DNA of 64,000 bases from Octopus vulgaris (taxonomy: Eukaryota): the NCBI GenBank assembly GCA_951406725.2, contig OX597827.1, positions 71,734,001 to 71,798,000 on the forward strand. The letters are read 5' to 3'. The notes beneath the pieces were generated by a model. The model was given only the letters and a program-made list of their open reading frames with translations, searched no databases and was not told where the DNA came from. Both the position numbers and the translations under genes were made by a program. Below, one piece after another: positions 12,443 to 25,599 of the stretch (within the stretch, counting starts at the first letter, position 1; the number at the start of each line of letters is the position of its first letter).

Positions 12443-12826
12443 TGCAATGTCTGTGCAAGACCCTGCCTCAGTAAAGCTGGACTCATGAGTCATCTTCGTA
12501 CTCATAAAACGAGACAGATGAGTGACAACCTGGCCACTGGTGGTGGTGTAATACACCATACTAATCATATCTGTCGGGCATGTGGAAGAGAGTGTAATTC
12601 GGCAGGAGGACTTAAACGACATGCAAAGGTACATGAAGCCCAGTTACAACTACAGCCGGCTATTACCAGTGAAGGTTTCAGTTGCCAGAAACATTGTAGA
12701 TCTTTAGCTGGGCTAAAAAGTCACATTCAGTCACAGCACCAGTAACAGTTAAGCTTCGTGCAATGGCCATACTCGATAACGAGGGGGCAGCCAAAATAAT
12801 AATACTACTAATAATAATAATAATAA
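12443..12826 (+). mobile_element. 5'-truncated RTE-like LINE 3' end encoding three C2H2-type fingers
   Basis: Open frame 12443-12745 encodes CNVCARPCLSKAGLMSHLRTH, CRACGRECNSAGGLKRHAKVH and a degenerate CQKHCRSLAGLKSHIQSQH. A short UTR follows with hairpin CTCG-ATAA-CGAG, GGGCAGCC and an (AAT)n tail, typical of RTE 3' ends. Confidence 0.7.
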
Positions 12827-12943
12827 TATATATATATATATATAAATAAAGTTAATCCAAACAAGAAAACAAAAAGACAACAACGCGAGGATGTGGAACA
12901 AATAAAGTATTATTGGGCGCTCAGGAAAGAAGGGAAGAAGGAG

Positions 12944-12980
12944 GGTATGACGTTTCGAGCGGAGCTCTTCGTCACAAACA
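12944..12980 (-). ncRNA. Degenerate minimal hammerhead motif (short-stem family)
   Basis: rc: GTGACGA-A-GAGC-TCC-GCTC-GAAA-CG-TC; C3 is replaced by G and helix I is poor. Followed by TTTCCTGAGCG.C.AATAATAC as in the 13.2 and 16.9 kb copies. Confidence 0.5.
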
Positions 12981-13068
12981 TAGGAGAAAGAAAGATCCCG
13001 AGGTGGGAAGACAGAGGGAAAAAAATGCAAGTGGTCTTCACGAGGTCACATACTGAAAAGTCGGAAGT

Positions 13069-13133
<65 letters not shown>

Positions 13134-13217
13134 CAAATTTATAGAAAAACAAAGACACAGAAAGGTGTAGGAGCAACAAGCTAGTGTATTAGTTTGACGC
13201 TCGGGAAAAATGGAAAA

Positions 13218-13256
13218 GTCTTTTACGTTTCGAGCCAACGCTCTTTGACAGAGAGA
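13218..13256 (-). ncRNA. Degenerate minimal hammerhead motif (short-stem family)
   Basis: rc: TCTCT-CTGTCAA-A-GAGC-GTTG-GCTC-GAAA-CG-TA|AAAGA. Confidence 0.5.
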
Positions 13257-13375
13257 AATAATAGGAAATAAACAGAGAGAGAATGAAAAAAAACGTTTGG
13301 AGTTCAGTGGTCCAACATGGCCTATATATATATTCATACATGCATACACACGTACATACTGGCAGACAGGCAGGC

Positions 13376-13446
<71 letters not shown>

Positions 13447-13572
13447 CAGACAGAGAAATAGACAGATAAAATATCAGTGTATATTTCATTAAGTATAAAT
13501 AAATAAATAAATAAATAAATAAAACAAAGTAAGCGACCTCCGTCCTACATATTTGTTATCCGTCTATATGTA

Positions 13573-13800
<228 letters not shown>

Positions 13801-14154
13801 CAGCAGCACAGCTGTGGAAGACGAGACAGACAGGATGGAAATGAAATGAAAGCTTGGAACAAGGCAACACAAAGGAAGAAAGAAAGAAAGAAAGGAGTTT
13901 AAGTGAAGCAAGCAAAGAAAAAAGAAACGAAGAAACGAAGAAGAGAGGGAGAAGGAGTGAAGGAAGGAGGTGGCGAAGAAAACCAAATGAAAAATACACG
14001 GAAGAGAGGCGCACTTGGTATTGTGACGAAGAGGAGAATGCCATCACTTCCTCGAATGCAGACTTATACACGTGATATACATGCATAAATACATACATGT
14101 ACATACATTCGTAAATACATACATACACACATAATACATATGCATGTATATGTA

Positions 14155-14203
<49 letters not shown>

Positions 14204-14237
14204 CTGTGCATATATACATAAATGCAATGTCTGTGTG

Positions 14238-14282
<45 letters not shown>

Positions 14283-14528
14283 ATATTTATGTGTAGTTAT
14301 ATGTGTGTATATACTATATATATATATATATATCACACATACACATTAGAGAGAAACATACATGTACACATGTATATGTAGACATATATAAATACAAAGA
14401 TATATATATATATATCTGTATATGCATATTTTCATATATATGAATATACGTCCATAAATATGTGTATATATATATATATATATATATGTGTGAGTATATC
14501 TATATCTATATCCATATATATATATATA

Positions 14529-14579
<51 letters not shown>

Positions 14580-15519
14580 AATATATGCATTTATGTATGT
14601 ATGCGTGTATATGTTTGTAGATACATACATACATACACACATACACATTTCTGATTTGTGTAACACTGACAGAACATCGACGGATCCTCCACCCTCTCTC
14701 GATGAGGTCACGAACAACAGATAATGCTTTTTCGCAAACGAGAAAATCAATACATTCACTTGTTCTTACAACTGAAGGCTAGTGTACGCCTGTATGCGTT
14801 TGTACGTCTGTTTATATACAACTGTATCGGTATGTGTGTATGGATGGTTGTGTGTACAAATGTATACGTAGCCGTAAGAGCAACGCATCTATGATTATGT
14901 ATGTATGTATGTATGTATGTATGTATGTATGTATGCATATTTCTATGTATATGTTAATATAAGTGTCAATGTATATGTATGTGTATATGTATGTCTATGT
15001 GTGCATAGGCATACTTGTGTGTCTATGTCTATATGTATGTTTATATATGTATGTATATATATATATATATATATATATTAGTTTATATGCATGCCTAGTG
15101 TATATGTATGTATATGTATATATGTATATGCATATATATATATATATATATATACATACACATATACATATACATATATATGAGTATATATATATATATA
15201 TACATACACATATACATATATATGAGTATATATATGTATGCATATATATAATATATATATACATATACATATATATACATATATATACATGTATGTATAT
15301 GTATGTATATGTATATATGTATATGCATATATATATATACACACACACATATATATATGTATGCATATATATATATACATATACATATATATACATATAT
15401 ATACACATATATATATATATATATGTATGTATATGTATATGTATGTATGTATATATATATATACATATATATACATATATATGTATGTATATGTATATAT
15501 CTATATATATATATGTATA

Positions 15520-15561
<42 letters not shown>

Positions 15562-15922
15562 CATATGTGTATATATATATATGTATGCATATGTATATAT
15601 ATATATATGCATGTGCATGTGTGTTTGTGTATATAAGCTGCAGATGCATACTTCCCAATGCGTGGGATGCGAGGCAAACAGCCAGACGGTGTTATTACCA
15701 CCACCACCACCACCACCACCACCACTACTACTACTGCTCATGCTGCTTTCAACGGTGCTGTTATGAATACAACAACAGCACTGCAACCTCAACATAAAGT
15801 ACAACCAACTTAACCATCACCATTATCCCTTATACTCTCGTCTGTGATTCAGGTTCGCTGTGTATAGCTGTTGTGTGTGAGCGTGTGTATGTATAGAGAG
15901 AGAGATAGAGAGAGAGAGATAA

Positions 15923-16061
<139 letters not shown>

Positions 16062-16199
16062 GATAATATAGGCGTTTGTGTCGTATACAATATATATATA
16101 TATATATATACGTAATCCATGCTAGAGCATCATGTTCAAGGGTTCAGTCGAACAAATTGGCCCATATATATATATATGTGTGTGTGTGTGTATACATTC

Positions 16200-16237
<38 letters not shown>

Positions 16238-16243
16238 CTATAT

Positions 16244-16309
<66 letters not shown>

Positions 16310-16455
16310 GTACGTATGTATGTATGCATGCACGTGCATCTACGTTTTTATCAGCAGAAACACATGCATATGTCTGTATTTACGTATGGCATATATTTAG
16401 TTGCGACCATAACAGCAACTGCAGTAGTAATAGTTGTTGTAGCAGCAGTAGCAGC

Positions 16456-16487
<32 letters not shown>

Positions 16488-16562
16488 TCATCGTCGTCGT
16501 CGTCGTCGTAGTAGTAGTAGTGTGCTTTCATGTATATACATGGAAATATGAGTATTGGTGTG

Positions 16563-16616
<54 letters not shown>

Positions 16617-16891
16617 TATAGATATATAATCTCCATCATCATCATCATCATCGACACGAACAAGAGCTTTGTTTCAGCACACCATTCACGCAATAACATG
16701 CATACGTAGATGCATACACAGACATTCACACATATACATATATACACGCGTACATACATAGGTACATACATGTGCGCGTGTATGTATGTAAGCACGTCTA
16801 ATTATGTATGAAGATTCATAGTTGATTCGTTAGTTACTGCACGCATATTTTTTTCTCTCCTTCTATCTGTGTTTTTTTTTCTCTCTGTGTA

Positions 16892-16929
16892 TCTTTCTGT
16901 TGAAGAGCGTAGGCTCGAAACGTTAAAGA
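16892..16929 (+). ncRNA. Minimal type I hammerhead-like fold with CUGUUGA core variant
   Basis: TCTTT-CTGTTGA-A-GAGC-GTAG-GCTC-GAAA-CG-TT|AAAGA: perfect 5-bp helix I, 4-bp helix II and palindromic AACGTT helix III. Confidence 0.65.
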
Positions 16930-17022
16930 CTTGTTTTATTTATATTTCCTGAGCGCCATACTAATACAATTGTTTGTTTGTTTTCCACCTGCCTTCGTCT
17001 TTTGTCTATTTTCATAAAGCTT

Positions 17023-17090
<68 letters not shown>

Positions 17091-17160
17091 ATATATATGT
17101 ATGTATGTATGTATGTGTATATATGTACGTATGTGTGTGTATGTATGTACGTATGTATGT

Positions 17161-17203
<43 letters not shown>

Positions 17204-17273
17204 GATAGATAGATAGATAGATAGTTAGATAGATAGATAGATAGAGATACATATACATATATACATATTCTCA

Positions 17274-17385
<112 letters not shown>

Positions 17386-17831
17386 GTTAGCGGACTGGCC
17401 AGGTGGCCAGCTTGCCCGATGTCAAGTGGCCCCTGCGCCATTAGAATCCATATATGGGGGATCCATGTTGGTATTTGAGAGGCTCCAAGTTTGAGAACTT
17501 GATATATATATATATATATATATATATGCTTAGACCATGCTGGAGCACCATGTTGAAGAATGCACTCGAAAACATCTGTGCCAGTACTTATTTGCTCAAG
17601 TCTTGCACCTACCCTATCGAACTCTTTTTACGGAGACGTAAGCAAACTAAAAGTGTTTGTCAAATGATGGGTGGGTGAACAAACACAAGCACAAAGACAC
17701 ACACACACACATATGTGCGTGTATGTATGTATGTATGTATGTATGTATGTATGTATGTATGTATGTATGTATGTATGTATGTATGTATGTATGTATGTAT
17801 GTATGTGTATATATATATCTATATATATATG

Positions 17832-19360
17832 TATTGTTAATATTATCGGGAAATCAATATCAGAAAATTCTTCAGAAAGATATATATTTATGTGTGTAGA
17901 ATAATTGCTGTATTAAAAATACAAATATATATATATATATTTAAATATGTATAAGTATAAATACAAGATAGTAAATACGATAAATAATACTACAATAAAT
18001 TCAATAATAATACCATACCCCACAAATAATCGAACAATAGTAGGCACTATTCATCTGAACAGAAATATAAAAATAAGAATAAAAACTGCTAATGTAAAAA
18101 TAAAGAATTATGCCCTCTAAAATGCAACTGTACAAGATTTAATGTAATATACAAATGCACAGTTATATTAACTAACAATTCACATAATATGGTGTATATA
18201 CGGAGTCCGTTAATTTTAAACAAAGATTTTTAGCACACATACACTCCTTTAAGCCGAATATAGCTACTAATACCACGTCATTAGCTACACATATACATAA
18301 ACTTAAGATAAACAAAGTTAACTATAGATTAGATTGGTCAATAATAGATTCAGCCACATCATACACACTTAAATCTAATAGATGCCGTCTGTGTATGAAA
18401 GAATCACTGTATATATTATTATATAAACATAAGAACTTAATAAATTGTCAATCAGAAGCACTTTCAACATGTAGACATAGATTTTATAAAACCTTTAAAT
18501 ATAAAGATCTAATAAAGATTTAGATTAGTGACTATATATATCGGGGTGTTTTTTTTTGTAATATCAAAATATAAGGTGATGTTTACAAATAGATTGATAG
18601 ACAAATTAATTAGAATTATTCGACTATACGCACATTTACATGACATAAATTATACATTAAATAAATATGGTATAGGTATTCTTAGAATTAGAACCCGTGC
18701 ACATCTAATTCATAATAAATGGGCAGTTACAATTGCATTAAATTTAAAAATTTTAATTGGCATTTTCCAATTATACAAATAGAAATATAAAAGAAATATT
18801 TTGGCCAATTTATAATTTCACATATATTTTATTTTATATTATCTAAGTCTATGAACTATATTTGGAACACAAGACAATATAATGGATTTTACACATAACT
18901 ATTATGGATTATTGCAGAAGACTTACCAAGGAGGTATATATATATATATATGGATTTCAAGATTCTCATACTAAAGTGTACTTACCAAAATCAAAAGCAG
19001 TAATTTTTAATTCATATTTCAAACAAACACCATTTTCCCATATTACTTCATATTTTTAAAAAACTTACCATTCGATAAATTATACAAAATTCACATTTTA
19101 TATCTCTGAAGAGCAGGAGTGTTGTCTATAAATGCTTATCAATATAGGATTCCATAGTAGGGACAACACTTTTGCAAAACGATCGTAAGATGCTTTAAAA
19201 ACTTAATTCGAAACTTTTAAACTACCATATTTATTATTATATATTTATACTTATACATATTTATATATATTTATACATATTTATATCTTTAATACAACAG
19301 TTGTATGTAGCTTTCTGGAGAATTTTCTGATATTGATTTCCTGATATTATTAACAATATA
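17832..19360 (+). mobile_element. Decayed Penelope-like element with inverted terminal segment
   Basis: ~50-bp inverted repeats at 17832-17880 and ~19310-19360; hammerhead at 19102-19191; AT-rich decayed interior with weak GIY-YIG-like traces (TIYIG..RLYAH at 18.5-18.6 kb; FIFQTNTIFP at ~19.01 kb); TA-rich flanks. Confidence 0.55.
19102..19191 (+). ncRNA. Type I hammerhead fold, probably inactive (G12->A)
   Basis: ATCT-CTGAAGA(19106-12)-GCAGGAGTGTTGTC..GACAACACTTTTGC (14-bp helix II with 2 G-U pairs)-AAAA-CGATCG-TA|AGAT. Confidence 0.8.
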
Positions 19361-19548
19361 ATACATAGTATATATAATCGCTCGTATTAAATGTATAAAT
19401 ACTTTAATAGTATTAATACTTTGATACAATAAAGCACTCAATGTAAATTCAGTATAGAATATTCTCATAGAATATATTTAACTAAAGATTTTCATATGTA
19501 TATATATACACAAACATATATATATATACCTACATACATACAGACATA

Positions 19549-19910
19549 TCTATTATATAAAATCCGTTCTGTCTGTTTGTGTGTGTCTTCTAGGATCTCG
19601 GGCATCCTCCATCCGATTGCACTCAAATTTGATATGTAGATACCGACGGTATCAGGGCATTTATAAGTCTTGAAAAAATTACAAAAATCGATTCCAGGTG
19701 AGAATGTGATCGATAAAGCCGTGGGAACATGCATTTGTAAAATCGTTTTTCTTGAAATAGAAAAAACGTTTATCTTTATTTCTTCTTTTGCTGGTGTCTC
19801 AAATTTAGGGGGGGCTATGGGACGGTCGGACAAGTTGTTTTGAGAAAATTTGGTTTAATTGTTTGACAACTCGGTACCGTCCATTGGGCGGGGAGAGGGC
19901 GTTTTGCTCG
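19549..19910 (+). mobile_element. Helitron-like non-autonomous element (second family)
   Basis: A|TCTATTATATAAAATCCGTTCTGTCTGT...CCGATTGCACTCAAATTTG; the 3' end is uncertain (GCTCGT). Confidence 0.45.
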
Positions 19911-20669
19911 TATATATATATATATACACACATATATATATATCAGCGAAATCCACTCACAAGACTTTGGTCAGCCGGGGCAATAGTAGAAGTGTGTGTA
20001 TGTGTGTGCGTGCGGAGGGGGGCGCGCGCGTGTGTATAACAGGATATAATATATACATGCAACATACGAGTATATATATATATGTTCTTGTATATCATAT
20101 CGACGTTGATACACATAGGTGAGCATTTATGAGCTTTATATATGTATAAGAGTATATGGGAGTGTGTGTGTGTGCGTGCGCGTGTGTGTGTGTGTATGTG
20201 TGTGTGTGTGTGTGTGTGTGCGCGCTGAGAGTACGAGAGAGGGAGACAGAAAGCGTGAAAGAGAAATAGAGGTGAAAGAGTTATTAATAGAAAGGACATA
20301 TTCATTGATCCCGATATTGTTGAAATATTTTAACGGCTGAAATACACCTTTCAGAAAAGCATTCAACTCGCAACATATCATTCCCGAGTTCTTTTGAAAT
20401 TACGGTATCTTATCTACTTCACGATTCATTCATCAAACTTTCAAAGCGATACAGCGAGCTGGCGTTCACAGAATCGTGATAGTTTCCAGAAAATTAAAGG
20501 TCAAATTTATGAATTCGCTATGATTACGCTGACTGTAGTAAAAATATTTGGCATGCAGCAATGGCTGTCGGATGAATAAAGAGTTCGCTTCACAAAACGT
20601 CGTGAATCACTGCGCGCCACCTTGTGAGTGAATCCGAACGTTTCTGTCGATAAAAATTCACTCACAAAG

Positions 20670-21067
20670 AATCGTTAGCACGCCGGGCGAAATGCCTAAC
20701 GGTATTTCGTCTGCCGTTACGTTCTGAGTTCAAATTCTGCCGAGGTCGACTTTACCTTTCATCCTTTCGGGGTCGATTAAATAAGTACCAGTTACGCACT
20801 GGGGTCGATATAATCGACTTAATCCGTTTGTCTGTCCTTGTTTGTCCTCTCTGAGTTTAGCCCCTTGTGGGTAGTAAAGAAATAGGTATTTCGTCTACCG
20901 CTACGTTCTGTGTTCAAATTCCGTTGAGGTTGACTTTGCCTTTCATCCTTTCGGAGTCGATTAAATAAGTACCAGTTACGCACTGGGGTCGATGTAATCA
21001 ACTTAATCCCTTTGTCTGTCCTTGTTTGTCCTCTCTATGTTTAGCCTCTTGAGGGAAATAAAGAAAT
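20670..21067 (+). mobile_element. SINE B dimer inserted into a minus-strand SINE A
   Basis: Two central-domain units; 16-bp TSD AAATTCACTCACAAAG at 20654-20669 and 21068-21083, itself SINE-A sequence. Confidence 0.9.
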
Positions 21068-21535
21068 AAATTCACTCACAAAGCATTGCTGGGCACGGGG
21101 CTATAGAAGCAGAGGGCATTTATCCAAGGCGCTGTACAGTGGGGCTGAACTCGAAACGATGTGGCTGCAAAACAATCTTCTTAACCACACTGCCAGCCAT
21201 GAAAACATCTTTAATAGTTCGGAGATTAGAAAATATATAAAGATCAAATACGCTATACAAACATAAAAATAATAGTTAATGATGACTAATGCTATAAAGA
21301 GAGACAATTGCGATCGTTAATTCTTTGCGATGATCAAACTGTTGAAACGTTAATCTCGCCGTCCCTAGGGAAGCGTTAGTGATTGAATGAATGAGTAACT
21401 GTATAGAAAAGTAGGGGTCTCTTTAATGTTAACATCGTGAGTAGAAAATCTGCGATTAACTGAGATGCATGTGCAATTAGTAGGCTAAAATTCTAGTGTT
21501 ATTCATTTAACGGTAGATTAAAGACGAATTGATGC

Positions 21536-21856
21536 CACTTGAGCGTGTGGTCTACCTGGCCATCTACACTTCAGCATGTGGTCTACCTGGCCATTTACAC
21601 TTCAGCGTGTGGTCTACCTGGCCATCTACACTTCAGCGTGTGATCTACCTGGTCATCTACACTTCAGCGTGTGATCTACCTGGTCATCTACACTTCAGCG
21701 TGTGGTCTACCTGGCCATCTACACTTCAGCGTGTGGTCTGCCTGGCCATCGACACTTCAGCGTGTGGTCTACCTGGCCATCTACACTTCAGCGTGTGGTC
21801 TACCTGGCCATCTACACTTCAGCGTGTGGTCTACCTGGCCATTTACACTTCAGCGT
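21536..21856. repeat. 31-bp minisatellite, ~10.3 copies
   Basis: Unit CACTTCAGCGTGTGGTCTACCTGGCCATCTA, starting at 21536, 21567 ... 21846; no spacers. Confidence 0.97.
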
Positions 21857-21865
21857 ACAGTTCAA

Positions 21866-22023
21866 CCTATAATTCTAACGCTAAACCCTAAACATTAACA
21901 CTAACCCTAGACATGAGCCTAACGCTAAATTGTAAACCGTGAACGTTATCCCTAAACCGTAACGCCAAACCTTAACGCTAATGTCAACCCTAAAACTGTA
22001 ACGTTAAGTACTAATCCTAATTC
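21866..22023. repeat. Degenerate (CCTAAC)-like hexamer array
   Basis: CTAACG/CTAAAC/CCTAAA/CTAACC variants at ~6-bp spacing. Confidence 0.6.
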
Positions 22024-22024
22024 A

Positions 22025-22440
22025 AAGGCGGTGAGCTGGCAGAAACGTTAGCACGAAATGCTTAGCGGTATTTCGTCTGCCGCTACGTTCTGAGTTCAAA
22101 TTCCGCTGAGGTCGACTTTGCCGTTCATCATTTCGGGGTCGATAAATTAAGTACCAGTTACGCACTGGGGTCGATATAATCGACTTAATCCGTTTGTCTG
22201 TCCTTGTTTGTCCCCTCTATGTTTAGCCCCTTGTGGGCAATAAAGAAATAAGAAACGTTAGCACGAAATGCTTAGCGGTATTTCGTCTGCCGCTACGTTC
22301 TGAGTTCAAATTCCGCTGAGGTCGACTTTGCCTTTCATCATTTCGGGGTCGATAAATTAAGTGCCAGTTGCGTACTGGGGTCGATCTAATCGACTGGCCC
22401 CCTCTCCAAAAAATTTCGGGCCTTGTGTCTAGAGTTGAAA
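22025..22440 (+). mobile_element. SINE B dimer with terminal tail
   Basis: Head AAGGCGGTGAGCTGGCAG; two units sharing the same 7-bp deletion after GCACG; tail GACTGGCCCC...GGGCCTTGTGTCTAG. Confidence 0.9.
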
Positions 22441-22599
22441 ACACTAATGCTAATACAAATTCTTTCACTTCACAGCACAGACTGTGGATCCTACGGCAGA
22501 CTGGCCGCCAAAGTTGCCCCAACTAATACCAATATCTTGCCGGCAACTTCTTTCAGTGTCGATACTTATCCCCTACAGACACGAGTCTTGTTGTTTAGG

Positions 22600-22826
22600 T
22601 TTTATCATTTGCTTGCTTCAGTCATTGAACTGCGGCCGTGCTGGGGCACCACCCTTGGAGGGTTTTCACCGAACGAATGGACCCCAGTACTTTCTTTTTT
22701 TTTAAAGCCTGGCATTCCATCGGTGAGATGCTTTCTGCGGAATCGCTGGGCTACGGGAACATAAACAAACCAACAACAGCTGTCAGACGACGGTGGAACA
22801 CAAAGGCACACACAAACACACGTACG

Positions 22827-22861
<35 letters not shown>

Positions 22862-23032
22862 GATATATATATATAAATATATATCAACAACGGGCTTCTT
22901 TCAGTTTCTGTCTTACAAATCCACTCAAAGGCATTGCTCAGCCCGGGGCTATAGTAGAAGGCATTTTTTCAAGGTGCCACTGCAACCATGAGGCTGCCAC
23001 CGCGACCATGAGACTTCTTACCACACAGCCAC
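22600..23032 (-). mobile_element. SINE A (diverged)
   Basis: Homologous to the reverse complement of 40009-40433. Confidence 0.8.
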
Positions 23033-23542
23033 CTCCGTTTAGGAGAAGAACCAGGACAGGAGACACGATAGTGCGACGCAGGTGCGTCTTAAGTACTTCG
23101 GTTTTACATTCCGTGCAAGTGCGCTTTTTCTTTCACCAGACAAGCATCGCATCGATCGCAAAATACTAAGTACCAGTAATATAATTGACTCGAATCAGTC
23201 AACTAGAATCTCGTTTATCGAAATAAAAAAAATAAAAAATCATTTTATAGAAACGCGTATCGGGATTAACGATATTTTTTTCAATGTTCCTAAAAATTGG
23301 ATGCAGACAGATGAAGAAAAAAAGAGGTTTTAATAAATACAGAGATAGAATAAAGAAATAAATATATCAGTAAATATATAAATAAAACTTTGATTTTTGT
23401 ATCGAAGTAACGATCTCCCTTGGCACACAACAATAAAGCGAAAATAAAATTGAAGAGGAATATATTTGTGTGTGTGTGTGTGTATGTGTGTGTGTACAAA
23501 AAATATGTTATATATAAAGCATATAGCTATAAATATGTATTT

Positions 23543-23701
<159 letters not shown>

Positions 23702-23738
23702 GTATATGCATATATATATAATATAAAATATATACTTA

Positions 23739-23796
<58 letters not shown>

Positions 23797-24061
23797 GTAT
23801 GTATGTATGTATGTAAGCTTTTGTAAAAAAAATGGATTAGCAAAATGAAAAACCCAGAACGAAGTAAAAGGAAGAACATAAAAAATTTTAAAAAAAAAAA
23901 GCGAAACACAAACAAAACAAACAAACAAACAAACAAATAAACAAAAAAACACTAAATTAGCAGAGACACATGTTCGGCTGCTTTGCTTCTGTTTGTGGAG
24001 GAGGGTTTTGTATTTCGCTTCCATCGAATAAATAGTAATTCAAAACACACAGACACACACA

Positions 24062-24099
<38 letters not shown>

Positions 24100-24101
24100 A
24101 A

Positions 24102-24189
<88 letters not shown>

Positions 24190-24610
24190 GTATGTATATA
24201 TATATATGTATATAAATATGGCGGAACATTGAAGTCGCTGTCAATAAAATTATTCAAAACATCAGACTACGCTCGTAGCGAGCCTTTTATTCAGCTAATG
24301 TTCGCTGGCCTTTATGCTTATAGAGAAAATATTTATGCTTAATGCATACATGTAGGATTACGCACACACATACATACATACATACATACATACATGTATA
24401 CATATGTACATACACGTGTGTGAGTGTGTGTGTGTGTGTTTATGTAATGCTGAGTTTTTTGCAGACTGGAAACATTACATAAATCAGTTAATCGCATAAC
24501 TCTGCAAACCAACCATTCGTTCATTTAAATAATGGTTTCTGATTTTAGCACAGAGCCAGCAATTCCGGAGAAGTGGGTAAGTCGATCACATGGACTCCAG
24601 CGGTTCAACT

Positions 24611-25190
24611 GGGGCGGCGAGCCGGCAGAAACGTTAGCACGCCGGGCGAAATGCTTAGCGGTATTTCGTCTGTCGTTACGTTCTGAGTTCAAATTCCGCC
24701 GAGATCCATTTTGCCTTTCATCCTCTCGAGGTCGATAAATTAAGTACCAGTTACGCACTGGAGTCGATGTAATCGACTTAATACCTATGTCTGTCCTTGT
24801 TTGTCCCCTCTGTGTTTAGCCCCTTGTGGGTAATAAAGAAATAGGTATTTCGTCTGTCGTTACGTTGTGAGTTCAAATTCCGCCGAGGTCGATAAATTAA
24901 GTACCAGTTACGCACTGGGGTCGATGTAATCCACTTAATACCTATGTCTGTCCTTGTTTGTCCTCTCTGTGTTTAGCCCCTTGTGGGTAGTAAAGAAATA
25001 GGTATTTCGTCTGTCGTTACGTTGTGAGTTCAAATTCCGCCGTGGTCCACTTTGCCTTTCATCCTCTCGAGGTCGATAAATTAAGTACCAGTTACGTACT
25101 GGGGTCAATGTAATCGACTTAATACCTATGTCTGTCCTTGTTTGTCCCCCTCTATGTTTGGCCCCTTGTGGGCAATAAAGAAATAGGTAT
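24611..25190 (+). mobile_element. SINE B trimer nested in an older minus-strand SINE B (24545-24610, 25186-25320)
   Basis: Head GGCGGCGAGCCGGCAGAAAC; three units joined at AAAGAAATA|GGTATTTCG; the flanks are two halves of an inverted copy. Confidence 0.85.
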
Positions 25191-25351
25191 TTATTTTAAC
25201 GACCCAGAAAGTGTAAAAGCAAGGTCGACCTTAGCGGGATTTGAAACCGGAACGTAAGGACGGGCGAAACGGCGCTAAACATTTCGCCCGGCGTGCTAAC
25301 GATTCTGCTAGCTTACCACCTGGACATGGATTTCATGTTTAAAATGAACGT

Positions 25352-25545
25352 TAAGGTGGCGAGCTGGTAGAATCGTTGGAACGCCGGGCAAAATGCTTAG
25401 CGACATTTAGTCCGTCCTTACGTTCTGAGTTCAAATCCCGCCGAGGTCGACGTTACCTTTTATACTTTAAGGGTCGATAAAATCAGTACCATTACAGTAG
25501 AACACCGGGATCGATGTAATCGACTTAACTCCTCTCTCGAAATTA
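25352..25545 (+). mobile_element. SINE B monomer (diverged)
   Basis: AAGGTGGCGAGCTGGTAGAATCG...GAGTTCAAATCCCGCCGAGGTCGAC. Confidence 0.8.
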
Positions 25546-25599
25546 TGCCCCCCCCCTTGTAATACTGCCCGCTTATTTGCATATACGAAATATAATCAA

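Noticed and set aside
14023-14060. GTGACGA-A-GAGGAG..TTCCTC-GAAT motif
   Set aside because: Two core mismatches and no helix I or III support.
21536-21856. CRISPR-like 31-bp repeat
   Set aside because: The units are contiguous with no unique spacers, there are no cas genes, and the context is eukaryotic.
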